Shown: in pieces, positions 18,317 through 28,515 of the stretch
Position numbering within the stretch: position 1 is the stretch's first letter
Layout: every line of letters begins with the position of its first letter
Source of the DNA: an uncultured Alphaproteobacteria bacterium
Lineage (GTDB): Bacteria > Pseudomonadota > Alphaproteobacteria > Puniceispirillales > Marisalimonadaceae
NCBI GenBank assembly: GCA_937142855.1
Contig: CAKZQZ010000031.1
Coordinates: 2,201 to 66,200 of the forward strand
Direction of reading: 5' to 3'
Length of the DNA stretch: 64,000 nt
Notes under the pieces: generated by a model
The model's database searches: none
What the model was told of the DNA's origin: nothing
Seen by the model: the letters and a program-made list of their open reading frames with translations, nothing else
Program-made: the position numbers and the translations under genes

Positions 18317-19611
18317 CTAGCACCCAATTTTTTTACAGCTTTAAAACCTTTTTCAAAATCTTTTTTAATATCATTAATATCCTCAAGGCCCACAGAAAGT
18401 CTAATCATATCGTCAGTCAGACCACCTTCTTTCATTGCTTCAGCGCTTAAGTGGGAATGTGTTGTGCTCCCAGGATGAATTAGAAGTGTTTTGGCATCAC
18501 CTACATTTGCAAGGTGTGAAGCTAATTGAACAGACTCAATAAAAACTTGTCCAGCTTCTCGGCCTCCTTTAATACCAAAAACAATTATTGACCCAGAACC
18601 TTTGGGCAATATTTTCTTTGCAACCTCATGGTCTGGATGCGTCTTCAAGTCAGGATGCTTTACCCATGCTACTTCTTCATGGTTTTGAAGAAAATCTAGC
18701 ATTTCATGAGTATTTTCAATATGTTTTTTCATTCTCAATGGTAACGTTTCTATCCCTTGCATAAGGTAAAAAGCATTAGTTGGTGACAAAGAGGGACCAA
18801 AATTATACATTCCCTCAGCTCTTATTTTAGCTATTAAAGCAGAAGGACCAAATTCTTCCCAAAAACTTATTCCACCGAGTGCAAAATGTGGACCTGAAAT
18901 AGTTGGAAATTTATCTCTGTCCCCCCAATCAAAGTTTCCGCCATTGACAACAGCTCCTCCTATAGCAATACCATGTCCACCTAACCATTTTGTTAGAGAA
19001 TGGATCACAATGTTAGCTCCATATTTAAATGGTTGCATCAAATATGGTGTATTAAAAGTGGCATCAAGCACTAGAGGCACATTGTACTTTTTACATATAT
19101 CAGCAATGGTTGGGACATCCATTATATCTAACCCAGGATTTCCTATGACTTCTCCAAAGACCATCTTTGTGTTAGGTTTAATAGCTTTTTCAATTGCTTC
19201 TGGGTCGTTTGGGTTTACAAAATCTGTGTTAACTCCAAATCTCGGCATTGTATGTTGAAGTAAGTTAATATTAGCTCCATACATTTTACTTGAAGCAACA
19301 ATATGATCTCCACTGCTACAAATTGTAGAAACAACTAAATGCATAGCAGCCATACCACTAGAGCAAGCAACTGCGCTTGCACCTCCTTCTAAGGCAGCTA
19401 ATCTTTGTTCTAGTGCTGCAACTGTTGGATTTGAAATTCTTGTATAAAGATGTCCTCCAACCTCCATATTATACAATGAAGCAGCTTCTTCTGTGCTGTT
19501 GAAAACATATGACGTTGTCTGATAAATTGGTACTGCTCGAGATCCAGTTTCTTTATCAGGAATGTGCCCTGCATGCAAAGAGAGTGTATCAAACTTATAA
19601 TTTTCACTCAT
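18310..19611 (-). CDS. metY: O-acetylhomoserine aminocarboxypropyltransferase/sulfhydrylase (MetY family), copy 1
   Basis: LHAG, PIYQTTSYVF, YTRISNPT, HSLTKWLGGHG (PLP Lys), HLANVGDAKTL, IRLSVGLE. Confidence 0.9.
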   Translation of the reverse strand: MSENYKFDTLSLHAGHIPDKETGSRAVPIYQTTSYVFNSTEEAASLYNMEVGGHLYTRISNPTVAALEQRLAALEGGASAVACSSGMAAMHLVVSTICSSGDHIVASSKMYGANINLLQHTMPRFGVNTDFVNPNDPEAIEKAIKPNTKMVFGEVIGNPGLDIMDVPTIADICKKYNVPLVLDATFNTPYLMQPFKYGANIVIHSLTKWLGGHGIAIGGAVVNGGNFDWGDRDKFPTISGPHFALGGISFWEEFGPSALIAKIRAEGMYNFGPSLSPTNAFYLMQGIETLPLRMKKHIENTHEMLDFLQNHEEVAWVKHPDLKTHPDHEVAKKILPKGSGSIIVFGIKGGREAGQVFIESVQLASHLANVGDAKTLLIHPGSTTHSHLSAEAMKEGGLTDDMIRLSVGLEDINDIKKDFEKGFKAVKKLGARC

Positions 19612-19680
19612 TAGGATTCCTTTAGAAAAAATTCTTAATTCAATAATATAGCTTATTTTTTATCATTAAGTAAAAATAAA

Positions 19681-21318
19681 TTAATCAGTTTTTCTTAGGT
19701 CCTTCCGAATAATTTTTCCAGTTGTTGTCATTGGTAATTCATCAACAAACTCTATTACACGAGGGTATTCATGATATGCTAATTTTGACTTCACATCGTT
19801 TTGAATTACTTTTTTAAGTTTACTGTTTTGAGTTGAAACATTTTTTTTATCTCTTGGGACAATAAAGGCTTTAATTATATTTCCTCTTATAGTATCGGGA
19901 ACTCCAACAACTGCAACCATCTCAACATTAATATTAGACATAATACAATCTTCGACCTCACTTGGCCCCACTCTATAACCAGCAGTGTTTATAATATCAT
20001 CTTCACGTCCTTTAAAATAAAAATATCCTTCATCATCTTTAAATGCAAAATCACCTGTAAACAGCCAGCCATTAACAATTTTTTTTTGTGTTTCTTTTTC
20101 ATTTTCCCAATATCTTAGAAACGCAACTGGTGTGTTATATCTAACTACTATTTCACCATCTATTCCTGGTTCATTTATAAACTCACCTTTTGTGTCAATT
20201 ATTTTTACTTCTTGACCAGGTACAGGTTTACCAATTGACCCCTGTTTTCTTGGCATTAAGGCACCACTATTAGATATGGTTAAATTACATTCTGTCTGAC
20301 CATAAAATTCATTTATTCCAACACCTAGTACATCTTTACCCCATTCTAGTAAATCTTCTCCCAACGCCTCTCCACCTGAACCAACAGTTCTTAAGTTCAG
20401 CTTCATATTTCTCTTTGTTGGATTAAATGCCTTCATCAATTTTAAAGCTGTGGGAGGTAAAAAAGTATTTTTAATTTTTAGTTTAGATAGCAAGTCAAAG
20501 GTAAATTCAGGGTCAAATTTTTGTGACCTATAACTTACAACAGGAATGCCAAAATGCCACGAAGGAAGCAAGACATCAAATAAACCACCTATCCAAGCCC
20601 AGTCAGCAGGAGTCCAAAAAAGATCAACTACTGGTTCAGAAGAAGATAAAAATTCATGAGGAAGTTCTACACCAGGTATATGTCCCAATAATGATTGATG
20701 TGGAAGTAATGCCCCTTTGGGCCCTCCTGTCGTGCCCGAAGTATATATAATTAAAGCTGGGTCGTCGGCTTTTGTTTTTTTAGTAAAATAATTATCAGAA
20801 GATTTTTCTAACAATTTACTGAAGCTAAGGATATTTCCTTTGTTATTTTTTTGATCAATACAAATAATAAATTTTAAGTTTGGTAATTTTGAAAAAATTT
20901 CTTCTATTTTTAGCAGACCAATTTGATCACAAATAACTATTGATGCTTTTGAGTTTTGCAATCTATAGAATAACGCATCAGTACCAAACAAATTAAAAAG
21001 GGGAATTGATATTTTTCTAGATTTAAAGCAAGCCATGTGAGCGATGGCAGTTTCTGGGCATTGACCTAAAACTATACCTACTCTAGCGTCACAAGGTACA
21101 TTTAATCCGTCAAAAGCATTAGCCAATTTATTAGCTGACCTTCTAATATCTAAAAAAGACCAATTTTCTAAATTACCATCATTTAAAAAGTTAATTAAAG
21201 CCGTTCTATGACTATATTCATCCCTATCAATAGTGTCTGAAGCAATATTATAAAATTGTGGTATGTCCCATCTAAAATTAGAATATAAATCGTCATAATT
21301 GATAGATCTTAAAAGCAT
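19681..21318 (-). CDS. Short/medium-chain acyl-CoA synthetase (AMP-forming)
   Basis: YTSGTTGGPKG, WTPADWAWIGG, EFYGQTE, TGD, GREDDII, TGKIIR. Confidence 0.88.
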   Translation of the reverse strand: MLLRSINYDDLYSNFRWDIPQFYNIASDTIDRDEYSHRTALINFLNDGNLENWSFLDIRRSANKLANAFDGLNVPCDARVGIVLGQCPETAIAHMACFKSRKISIPLFNLFGTDALFYRLQNSKASIVICDQIGLLKIEEIFSKLPNLKFIICIDQKNNKGNILSFSKLLEKSSDNYFTKKTKADDPALIIYTSGTTGGPKGALLPHQSLLGHIPGVELPHEFLSSSEPVVDLFWTPADWAWIGGLFDVLLPSWHFGIPVVSYRSQKFDPEFTFDLLSKLKIKNTFLPPTALKLMKAFNPTKRNMKLNLRTVGSGGEALGEDLLEWGKDVLGVGINEFYGQTECNLTISNSGALMPRKQGSIGKPVPGQEVKIIDTKGEFINEPGIDGEIVVRYNTPVAFLRYWENEKETQKKIVNGWLFTGDFAFKDDEGYFYFKGREDDIINTAGYRVGPSEVEDCIMSNINVEMVAVVGVPDTIRGNIIKAFIVPRDKKNVSTQNSKLKKVIQNDVKSKLAYHEYPRVIEFVDELPMTTTGKIIRKDLRKTD

Positions 21319-21415
21319 TTAATCTAATTACCTTTCTATAAAATAATTCTTATCACTTGTTAAAGCCCTTTAAATTAATTAAATTATAAACAAGTTAATT
21401 TATTATGAGACAATA

Positions 21416-24400
21416 TTGAATTTTATTAACACCATTAAATTAGACGATTGTTTTACAAAGGACAATGATTTAGCACTCATGAATGGAGTTCAGGCCCTTG
21501 TACGTCTTTTAATTGAACAAGCAAAACTTGATAAAGATAATGGTTTGTCAACCAAAGGTTATGTGAGTGGATACCCAGGCTCACCACTCGGAACCCTGGA
21601 CCTAGAACTTGGAAGAGCTAGAAAACATTTAGATTTAAATAATATAGTTTTTCAACCAGCTGTTAATGAAGAGCTAGCAGCAACAGCTGCATGGGGCACT
21701 CAAATGCTTGGTCTTTATGATAGACCAGAAATAGATGGTGTTTTTTCTATGTGGTATGGTAAAGGTCCAGGCCTCGATAGAGCAATGGATGCACTAAGAC
21801 ATGCTAATATGGGTGGTGTTGCATTAAAAGGAGGCATGGTTCTAGCTGTTGCAGATGATCCAATAGGAAAAAGTTCAACGTTAGCATATCAATCTGAACA
21901 GTCTCTCATTTCTGCAGGTATTCCTGTTTTCTATCCTGCAAATGTTGATGAAGTTATACCGATGGGTTTGCAAGCTTTTGCTTTATCTCGTCATGCAGGA
22001 ATATGTGTTGCTCTCAAAATCACAAGTGATACTGCAGACTCTAATGCCGTTATTGATCTAAGTAAATTAAGGCCTACTTTTTCAAATTTGGATAACCCAA
22101 CAAATGTTCATGTTAATAGACACGATCCAGCATTAGATAGAGAAGCGGCTCTTATCAAAAGAAGAGTTCCTGCAGCTAAAAATTTTATCAAACATAATAA
22201 AATTAACAAATCTATATTTTACCCTGAGAAAAAAAAACTTGGCATTATAGCTGTTGGCAAGGCAGCTACAGAGACAATGGATGCACTTGACAAAATTGGG
22301 ATTAATGAACCAGAAAAAAGCGGAATAGGGCTTTTCGCATGTAAAGTTCCTTGGCCACTAATTCATGATGAAATAAAAAATTTCTCAGATGGATTTAAAG
22401 AAATTTTAGTAATTGAAGAAAAAGCATCTATAGTTGAAGAACAAGTTGCGCATATCCTTTTTAATTCTAAAACCAGGCCTTTATTATCTGGTAAAACAGA
22501 TGGTTTTACTAATGATGAGCTAGTCCCAAAGGTTTCAGAATTATCAAGTGATATCATATCAGATTGTCTTTTAAAAAAAATTATAGATAACAATAATGAT
22601 TTTGATATTCCAAAGGTAAAATCTGAAACATTGGGAAATAATTTACCACCTATTGTATCAAGAACACCTTGGTATTGTGCAGGATGTCCTCACAACTCCG
22701 GAACCAAAACACCCGATGATGAGGTTGTAGGGATAGGCATTGGTTGTCATTCTATAGGATATTTTTTGCATCCAGAAAAATTAACAAACTTCAGCCAAAT
22801 GGGTGGAGAAGGTGGACATTGGATAGGACGAGCACCTTTCTCAAACCAAAAACATACTTTTCAAAATATTGGTGATGGAACTTATGCGCACTCGGGTTCT
22901 CTTGCAATAAGAGCGGCCGTGTCTGCAAATGTTAATATTACTTTCAAAATTTTGTATAATGATGCTGTAGCTATGACAGGTGGCCAAAAAGCGATTGGAG
23001 GTGCTACACCATGGGATATATCTAAACAATTATCTGCAGAAGGGGTTAAAAAAATCTTTGTAGTATCGGACGAGCCTGAACAATTCAGGGATACTAGATT
23101 ATTTGCAGACAAAGTTGGTATTTTTCATAGAGATGAACTCATTAATATCCAAAAAGAAGTTCGCAATATAACTGGTGTAACTGCAATAATATACGTTCAA
23201 ACTTGTGCTACTGAGCTGCGAAGAAGGCGTAAAAGAGGGTTTATAAAAGACAGAGAAATAAAGATGTATATCAACCCAGATGTTTGTGAGGGTTGTGGAG
23301 ATTGTGCTGAGAAATCTAATTGTGTTGCAGTAAAGCCCTTCAATCACTTTGAGGGAGTAAAAAGACAAATTGATCAAAGTGTATGTAATAAAGATTATTC
23401 ATGTAAAAAAGGGTTCTGCCCCAGTTTCATTGGTGTTAATTCCGTTGATATATCTCAGCCTTCCAAAAAAATATTTCCAGATCTTCCTAAAAGTTTTAGT
23501 AACTTAACTAATCCGAAACCAAACCTTAGGAAAATCAAAAATATTATAATGGCTGGAATTGGAGGCACAGGTATATCAACTGTTGCTGCTATAATAGTCA
23601 TGGCTGCAAGAATTGATAAATTATATGCGCAATCGATGAACTTTACCGGATTAGCTCAGAAAAATGGAGCTGTTACCAGCCAAATAAGAGTTAGTCGTGA
23701 AAAATCCTTGTACTTCAGATCAGCTAGACTTCCAAATGAAACTGCCGATTTGCTTCTAGGCTGTGATGCAGTAGTTTCTGTTTCACCCTCAATTACAAGA
23801 ACTCTCAACCCAAATAAAACTGTAGCTATTGTTAACGGAAGAGTTGAGCCGGTAGGCGTGGCAGGTGTACATATAGGAACAGTTGTTGACGATAGTCTAC
23901 TAAAAAAACACCTTGAAAATCATTTAGCACTAGAAAATTTACAATTCATAGACATATCAAAATTAGCAGAAACCTTGGTTGGTGATACTGTATTTGCCAA
24001 CATAATGATGCTAGGAATTGCAGCACAAAAAAATCTTATTCCAATAAATATTAATTCACTTCAAAAAGCTATAGAACTAAATGGTGTTGCCGTTGAACAA
24101 AACCTTAAAGCATTTAACTGGGGCAGATTATTATCTGAACACCCTCAAGAGGTTTTTAATGCCGCTAAAATTGATGAAAATATTGATAAAGAAAAAACTA
24201 TAGATTCATATAATGAAAAATTTTATAAAACTCTTGAACATTTTCAAGACAAACAATATGCAGATTTATTTCTTTCTAAAGTTAATAAAATTATGAATTT
24301 AGAAAAGAATATAAGTAAATTCCAAAAAAATCTTCCCTTAACTAGAAAAATTGCACTAACTCTATTTAGAATAATGAGATATAAAGATGAATATGAAGTA

Positions 24401-24859
24401 GCTAGACTTCATACCTCTGGTGATTTTGCTCAAGATTTTTTAAATAAAAATAAAGGTGGAAAGTTAGAGTTTTATTTAGCTCCTCCCCTTTTCTCTCAAA
24501 AAGATCCTGAGACAGGACATTTAAAAAAGAAACGTTTTGGACCTTGGGTTTTTAATGTTTTTAAACTTTTATCTAAATTTAAATTGCTTAGAGGATCTAA
24601 ACTTGATGTCTTTGGATATACTGAAGAGAGAAAAAGAGAGAGAAAATTAATAGATAAAATCTTTTTTACTGTGGATAAAATATCTGAAGTCCTTAATGAA
24701 GAAAATCATAATAAAATTATCGATTTTTTAGATATTCCTTTGTCAATCAAGGGATATGGTCACGTAAAAGAAAAAAATATGGATGAGGCTGAAGCGAAGT
24801 GGGACCCAACACTTGATAAAATTATTAGTAATAATAAATTAAAGAAGTTAGCTAGTTAA
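21416..24859 (+). CDS. Fused indolepyruvate:ferredoxin oxidoreductase family protein (2-oxoacid oxidoreductase, alpha-ferredoxin-beta fusion)
   Basis: SGYPGSPLG, NEELAATA, CAGCPHN, GDGTYAHSG, CEGCGDC..SNC, GIGGTG, YKDEYEVARL, GYGHVK; 1147 aa. Confidence 0.9.
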   Translation: MNFINTIKLDDCFTKDNDLALMNGVQALVRLLIEQAKLDKDNGLSTKGYVSGYPGSPLGTLDLELGRARKHLDLNNIVFQPAVNEELAATAAWGTQMLGLYDRPEIDGVFSMWYGKGPGLDRAMDALRHANMGGVALKGGMVLAVADDPIGKSSTLAYQSEQSLISAGIPVFYPANVDEVIPMGLQAFALSRHAGICVALKITSDTADSNAVIDLSKLRPTFSNLDNPTNVHVNRHDPALDREAALIKRRVPAAKNFIKHNKINKSIFYPEKKKLGIIAVGKAATETMDALDKIGINEPEKSGIGLFACKVPWPLIHDEIKNFSDGFKEILVIEEKASIVEEQVAHILFNSKTRPLLSGKTDGFTNDELVPKVSELSSDIISDCLLKKIIDNNNDFDIPKVKSETLGNNLPPIVSRTPWYCAGCPHNSGTKTPDDEVVGIGIGCHSIGYFLHPEKLTNFSQMGGEGGHWIGRAPFSNQKHTFQNIGDGTYAHSGSLAIRAAVSANVNITFKILYNDAVAMTGGQKAIGGATPWDISKQLSAEGVKKIFVVSDEPEQFRDTRLFADKVGIFHRDELINIQKEVRNITGVTAIIYVQTCATELRRRRKRGFIKDREIKMYINPDVCEGCGDCAEKSNCVAVKPFNHFEGVKRQIDQSVCNKDYSCKKGFCPSFIGVNSVDISQPSKKIFPDLPKSFSNLTNPKPNLRKIKNIIMAGIGGTGISTVAAIIVMAARIDKLYAQSMNFTGLAQKNGAVTSQIRVSREKSLYFRSARLPNETADLLLGCDAVVSVSPSITRTLNPNKTVAIVNGRVEPVGVAGVHIGTVVDDSLLKKHLENHLALENLQFIDISKLAETLVGDTVFANIMMLGIAAQKNLIPININSLQKAIELNGVAVEQNLKAFNWGRLLSEHPQEVFNAAKIDENIDKEKTIDSYNEKFYKTLEHFQDKQYADLFLSKVNKIMNLEKNISKFQKNLPLTRKIALTLFRIMRYKDEYEVARLHTSGDFAQDFLNKNKGGKLEFYLAPPLFSQKDPETGHLKKKRFGPWVFNVFKLLSKFKLLRGSKLDVFGYTEERKRERKLIDKIFFTVDKISEVLNEENHNKIIDFLDIPLSIKGYGHVKEKNMDEAEAKWDPTLDKIISNNKLKKLAS

Positions 24860-26492
24860 TCTCCTTTGTTTTTTCCCTTAACTTAAATTTTTGTATTTTA
24901 CCAGTGCTTGTTTTAGGTAGTTCAGTAAAGACAAAGAAACGCGGCACCTTAAAACCAGCCAGTTGAGCTTTACAATGATTTTTTAATTCTGTTTCATCAA
25001 CCACCGATCCATTGCTAAGCTCTACAAAAGCACATGGCGTCTCTCCCCACTTTTCATCATCTTTAGCAACAACAGCTACAGCAACAACATCAGGGTGCTT
25101 ATATAAAGCATCTTCTACTTCAATAGATGAAATGTTCTCACCTCCAGAAATTATAATGTCTTTTGATCTATCTTTAAGTTGTATGTAGCCATCTTCATGC
25201 CAAACACCAAGGTCACCTGTATGAAACCAGCCTCCTTCAAATGCCTCATTGGTAGCTTTTTTGTTTTTAAAATATCCTTTCATCGTGATGTTTCCTTTTA
25301 CAAGCACTTCACCTAAAGTACTTCCATCTTTAGGAACATCTTTGTTTGTTTTGGTATCTATAATCTTCATATTCTCTTGAACAGAATAGACCACTCCCTG
25401 TCTAGCTTTGAGTTTTGCCTGTTCGGATGCTTCTAACTCACTCCATTCAGGGTGCCAGGCACATACGACGGCAGGCCCATAAATTTCGGTTAATCCATAA
25501 ACATGAATTACTTCTATTCCACATGAGGCCATTTTGCTTAACACAGCTTCAGGAGGAGGAGCTCCAGCTGTCATCATTTTAATTTCTGTTTTAAGAGAAA
25601 TATTATTTTGTATTAGATAATCTGCAACCATTTGCATAACTATTGGCGCTCCACATAAATGAGTAATTTTATGTTTTTGGAAAGCTTTAACAATTTCTTC
25701 TCCTGATGGCTGTCTGAGGCATACATGAGTTCCTGCTCTTTCTGTAATTGTCCATGGAAAGCACCAACCGTTGCAATGAAACATTGGTAAAGTCCATAAA
25801 TATTTGGAATGCATAGGAAGGTCCCATGTAAGAGTGTTGCCAATGGCGTTTAAATATGCACCTCGGTGATGATAAACCACACCTTTTGGATTTCCCGTAG
25901 TTCCAGATGTGTAATTTAAGGCTATTGAATTCCATTCATCATCAGGCAAAGTATGTTCTATTTTAATATTAATGAGTTTTTGTATTTCTGTTTCATAGTC
26001 CAAACAATTATGTTGATTAGCAAAATCAGACCTTTTATTTCCTGCGATTTTATCGACGAATTCTACTAAAATTGGAGGGTTGGGTAGGCTTTCAAAAGCT
26101 TTTTCAACTATCAAACTATATTCAGAATCATAAATAAATAACTTAGCTTCGCCATGATCAAGAATAAAATTAACTGTTTTACTGTCTAGTCTTGTATTAA
26201 TGGCATTTAAAACACAGCTAACCTTAGGTATTCCAAAATGGCATTCCCACATTACAGGAATGTTGGGGAGCATTACAGCGACAGTAGATCCATGATGAAT
26301 ATTTTTTTGTTTTACAAAGTTTGCCAAAGCGTCGCAACGAGCGGAGGCTTGTTCATAATTAATTTTATAGTCTTTATATTCTATAGCTATTTGGTTTGGA
26401 TAAGTTTTCCTTGTTCTTTCAAGAAATGATAAGGGACTTAAAGCTGCAAAATTAGCTTGATTTTTAATTAAACCATCTTCAGATATAGTCAT
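24852..26492 (-). CDS. Acyl-CoA synthetase, DmdB (MMPA-CoA ligase)-like clade
   Basis: ANFAALSPLSFLER, LNAINTRLD, NYTSGTTGNPKGVVYHHRGAYL, WTLPMFHCNGW. ATG 26492 with AGGAGG RBS. Resembles the recalled SAR11 DmdB. Confidence 0.8.
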   Translation of the reverse strand: MTISEDGLIKNQANFAALSPLSFLERTRKTYPNQIAIEYKDYKINYEQASARCDALANFVKQKNIHHGSTVAVMLPNIPVMWECHFGIPKVSCVLNAINTRLDSKTVNFILDHGEAKLFIYDSEYSLIVEKAFESLPNPPILVEFVDKIAGNKRSDFANQHNCLDYETEIQKLINIKIEHTLPDDEWNSIALNYTSGTTGNPKGVVYHHRGAYLNAIGNTLTWDLPMHSKYLWTLPMFHCNGWCFPWTITERAGTHVCLRQPSGEEIVKAFQKHKITHLCGAPIVMQMVADYLIQNNISLKTEIKMMTAGAPPPEAVLSKMASCGIEVIHVYGLTEIYGPAVVCAWHPEWSELEASEQAKLKARQGVVYSVQENMKIIDTKTNKDVPKDGSTLGEVLVKGNITMKGYFKNKKATNEAFEGGWFHTGDLGVWHEDGYIQLKDRSKDIIISGGENISSIEVEDALYKHPDVVAVAVVAKDDEKWGETPCAFVELSNGSVVDETELKNHCKAQLAGFKVPRFFVFTELPKTSTGKIQKFKLREKTKEIN

Positions 26493-26567
26493 AGTTGCTT
26501 TCCTCCTATTATTATTCATAATAGTAAGGCTAAGTTTTATCAACTATGAAAAAATCCGGAGTTTAGA

Positions 26568-28277
26568 ATGGCTTACATGTCTCCATTACAGGATACAAAA
26601 TTTGTTTTAGAAAATCTTTTACCTCCTCATATAGATCTAGATGATTCTACCATAGAAGCTGTTCTATCAGAGGCTGGTAAGTTGGCTGATAATCATTTGG
26701 CTCCACTGAATCACTTTGGTGATAAAAATAACCCAGTTCTTAGACAAGATAATGAAGTTCAAACTCCAGAAGGGTTTAGTGAGGCTTTTTCAAGAATTGC
26801 AGAAGGCGGCTGGATTGGTGTTGCTAGTGAAACCGATTATGAAGGAATGGGTCTTCCAGGAAGAATGAGTGCCGCCATTAATGAATATTGGCACGGCGCC
26901 AACATGTCTTTTGCGTTATGTAGCCTTCTAACTCAAGGCTTAATTGATGCCTTTACTTTGGTAGGAACTGATGAAGAAAAGAAAACATACCTGCCAAAAT
27001 TTAATTCTGGCGCCTGGACAGGAACTATGAATTTAACAGAACCTCAATCTGGGACAGACTTGGCAACTATAAAAACAAAGGCAAAACACGATGGTCAGAA
27101 CTGGAGAATACAAGGACAAAAAATTTATATTACATATGGTGAACATGATATGTCTGAAAATATTATTCACCTTGTTCTTGCAAGAACTGAAGGAGCACCT
27201 GAGGGTATTAAAGGAATATCGACTTTTATAATACCTAAATATTTAAAAGATGAAAATGGTAACTACACTATAAGAAATGATCTTAAATGCATTTCGATTG
27301 AACATAAAATGGGAATAAAGGCAAGCCCAACTGCTGTTATGTCCTATGGTGAAAATGAAGGCGCTATTGGTTATATGTTAGGAGAAGAAGGTCGCGGCAT
27401 TGAGTACATGTTCATAATGATGAATAGAGCAAGATTTGATGTTGGTCTTCAAGGAATGGCGATATCAGAGGCGGCACGTCAAAAAGCCCTAGAATATGCT
27501 AATACCAGAATACAAGGCACTCCTATTAATAGAGTTAAAGGTACGCCTATTATTGGGCATGGAGACGTAAAAAGACTACTTTTATCAATGAGAAGCCTGA
27601 CTGAAGCAATGAGAGCTTTAATATTAGTTTCCTCCGAAATAATGGAAAGAGCTCATTCTGGAAATGACAACTGTAAAATGAAAGAAGGTTTTTTAATTCC
27701 AATCATAAAAGGATGGTCTACCGAATTGGCTCAAGAAGTTACAAGTAACGGTGTACAAATTCATGGCGGTATGGGCTTTATTGAAGAAACTGGAGCTGCT
27801 CAATACATGCGGGATGCAAGAATTCTTCCTATTTATGAGGGTACTAACGCCATTCAGGCTAATGATTTCATGTTTAGGAAAACTATAAGAGATAATGGAG
27901 AAATTGCTCAACAGATTGTTAATGAGATAAATGTAGATTGTAAAGATAACAATGAGATGAAAGATGCTATAAATTTGGCATCAGAAACTTTAGATTTCAT
28001 TCTCGAAAATAGGGATGATCACGAGATGCTTTCATGTGTTAGCTTTGATTATTTAATGGGTTTTGGTTATCTAATAGGTGGCTGGTTAATGAATAAAGCA
28101 AAATTGAAAGCTCAAGAAAAAATATTAAAAAATTCTAAGGACCAAACCTTTTTAAAAAGTAAAGTTTTATCGTCTGAATTTTATGACCTACATATACTCC
28201 CTCGAATACAAACTCACTTTAAAATTGTTCTGAAAGGAGCGAAAGTAGTTAAATCCTCAAATGATTCTTTTGTTTAA
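26568..28277 (+). CDS. dmdC: Acyl-CoA dehydrogenase, DmdC (MMPA-CoA dehydrogenase) family
   Basis: GTMNLTEPQSGTDL, ITYGEHDMSENIIHLVLAR, EHKMGIKASPT, QIHGGMGFIEETG, PIYEGTNAIQANDF; GGAG RBS; divergent from the DmdB-like ligase. Confidence 0.75.
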   Translation: MAYMSPLQDTKFVLENLLPPHIDLDDSTIEAVLSEAGKLADNHLAPLNHFGDKNNPVLRQDNEVQTPEGFSEAFSRIAEGGWIGVASETDYEGMGLPGRMSAAINEYWHGANMSFALCSLLTQGLIDAFTLVGTDEEKKTYLPKFNSGAWTGTMNLTEPQSGTDLATIKTKAKHDGQNWRIQGQKIYITYGEHDMSENIIHLVLARTEGAPEGIKGISTFIIPKYLKDENGNYTIRNDLKCISIEHKMGIKASPTAVMSYGENEGAIGYMLGEEGRGIEYMFIMMNRARFDVGLQGMAISEAARQKALEYANTRIQGTPINRVKGTPIIGHGDVKRLLLSMRSLTEAMRALILVSSEIMERAHSGNDNCKMKEGFLIPIIKGWSTELAQEVTSNGVQIHGGMGFIEETGAAQYMRDARILPIYEGTNAIQANDFMFRKTIRDNGEIAQQIVNEINVDCKDNNEMKDAINLASETLDFILENRDDHEMLSCVSFDYLMGFGYLIGGWLMNKAKLKAQEKILKNSKDQTFLKSKVLSSEFYDLHILPRIQTHFKIVLKGAKVVKSSNDSFV

Positions 28278-28515
28278 CCTTTGTTTTAATAGGCATTTAC
28301 TTCTGAAAAGATACATGGTGCTCACAAAAGCCTAGAAAACATGGAAAGATAAATAATATAATTTTTATTAAAGTTTAGGTTGATTTTAATAACTTTTTGG
28401 ATAGCCTATTAAATAATGTAGTGGGGGCTACTTATTCATTTTAAGTTTGATCTCTTCATTGATAATTTTATAGTTAACTAGTTTTATTAGAACGGGTTCA
28501 AATTTGTAGGTTAAA

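Noticed and set aside
19612-19680. SAM riboswitch upstream of either metY (also 45103-45246)
   Set aside because: No recognisable SAM-II/SAM-V/SAM-SAH conserved strings or stems; leaders are short and almost pure AT. An Rfam scan would be decisive.
28471-28483. TAGTTAACTAGTT resembling the E. coli trp operator core
   Set aside because: Short AT-rich palindrome expected by chance at this composition; no trpR context.
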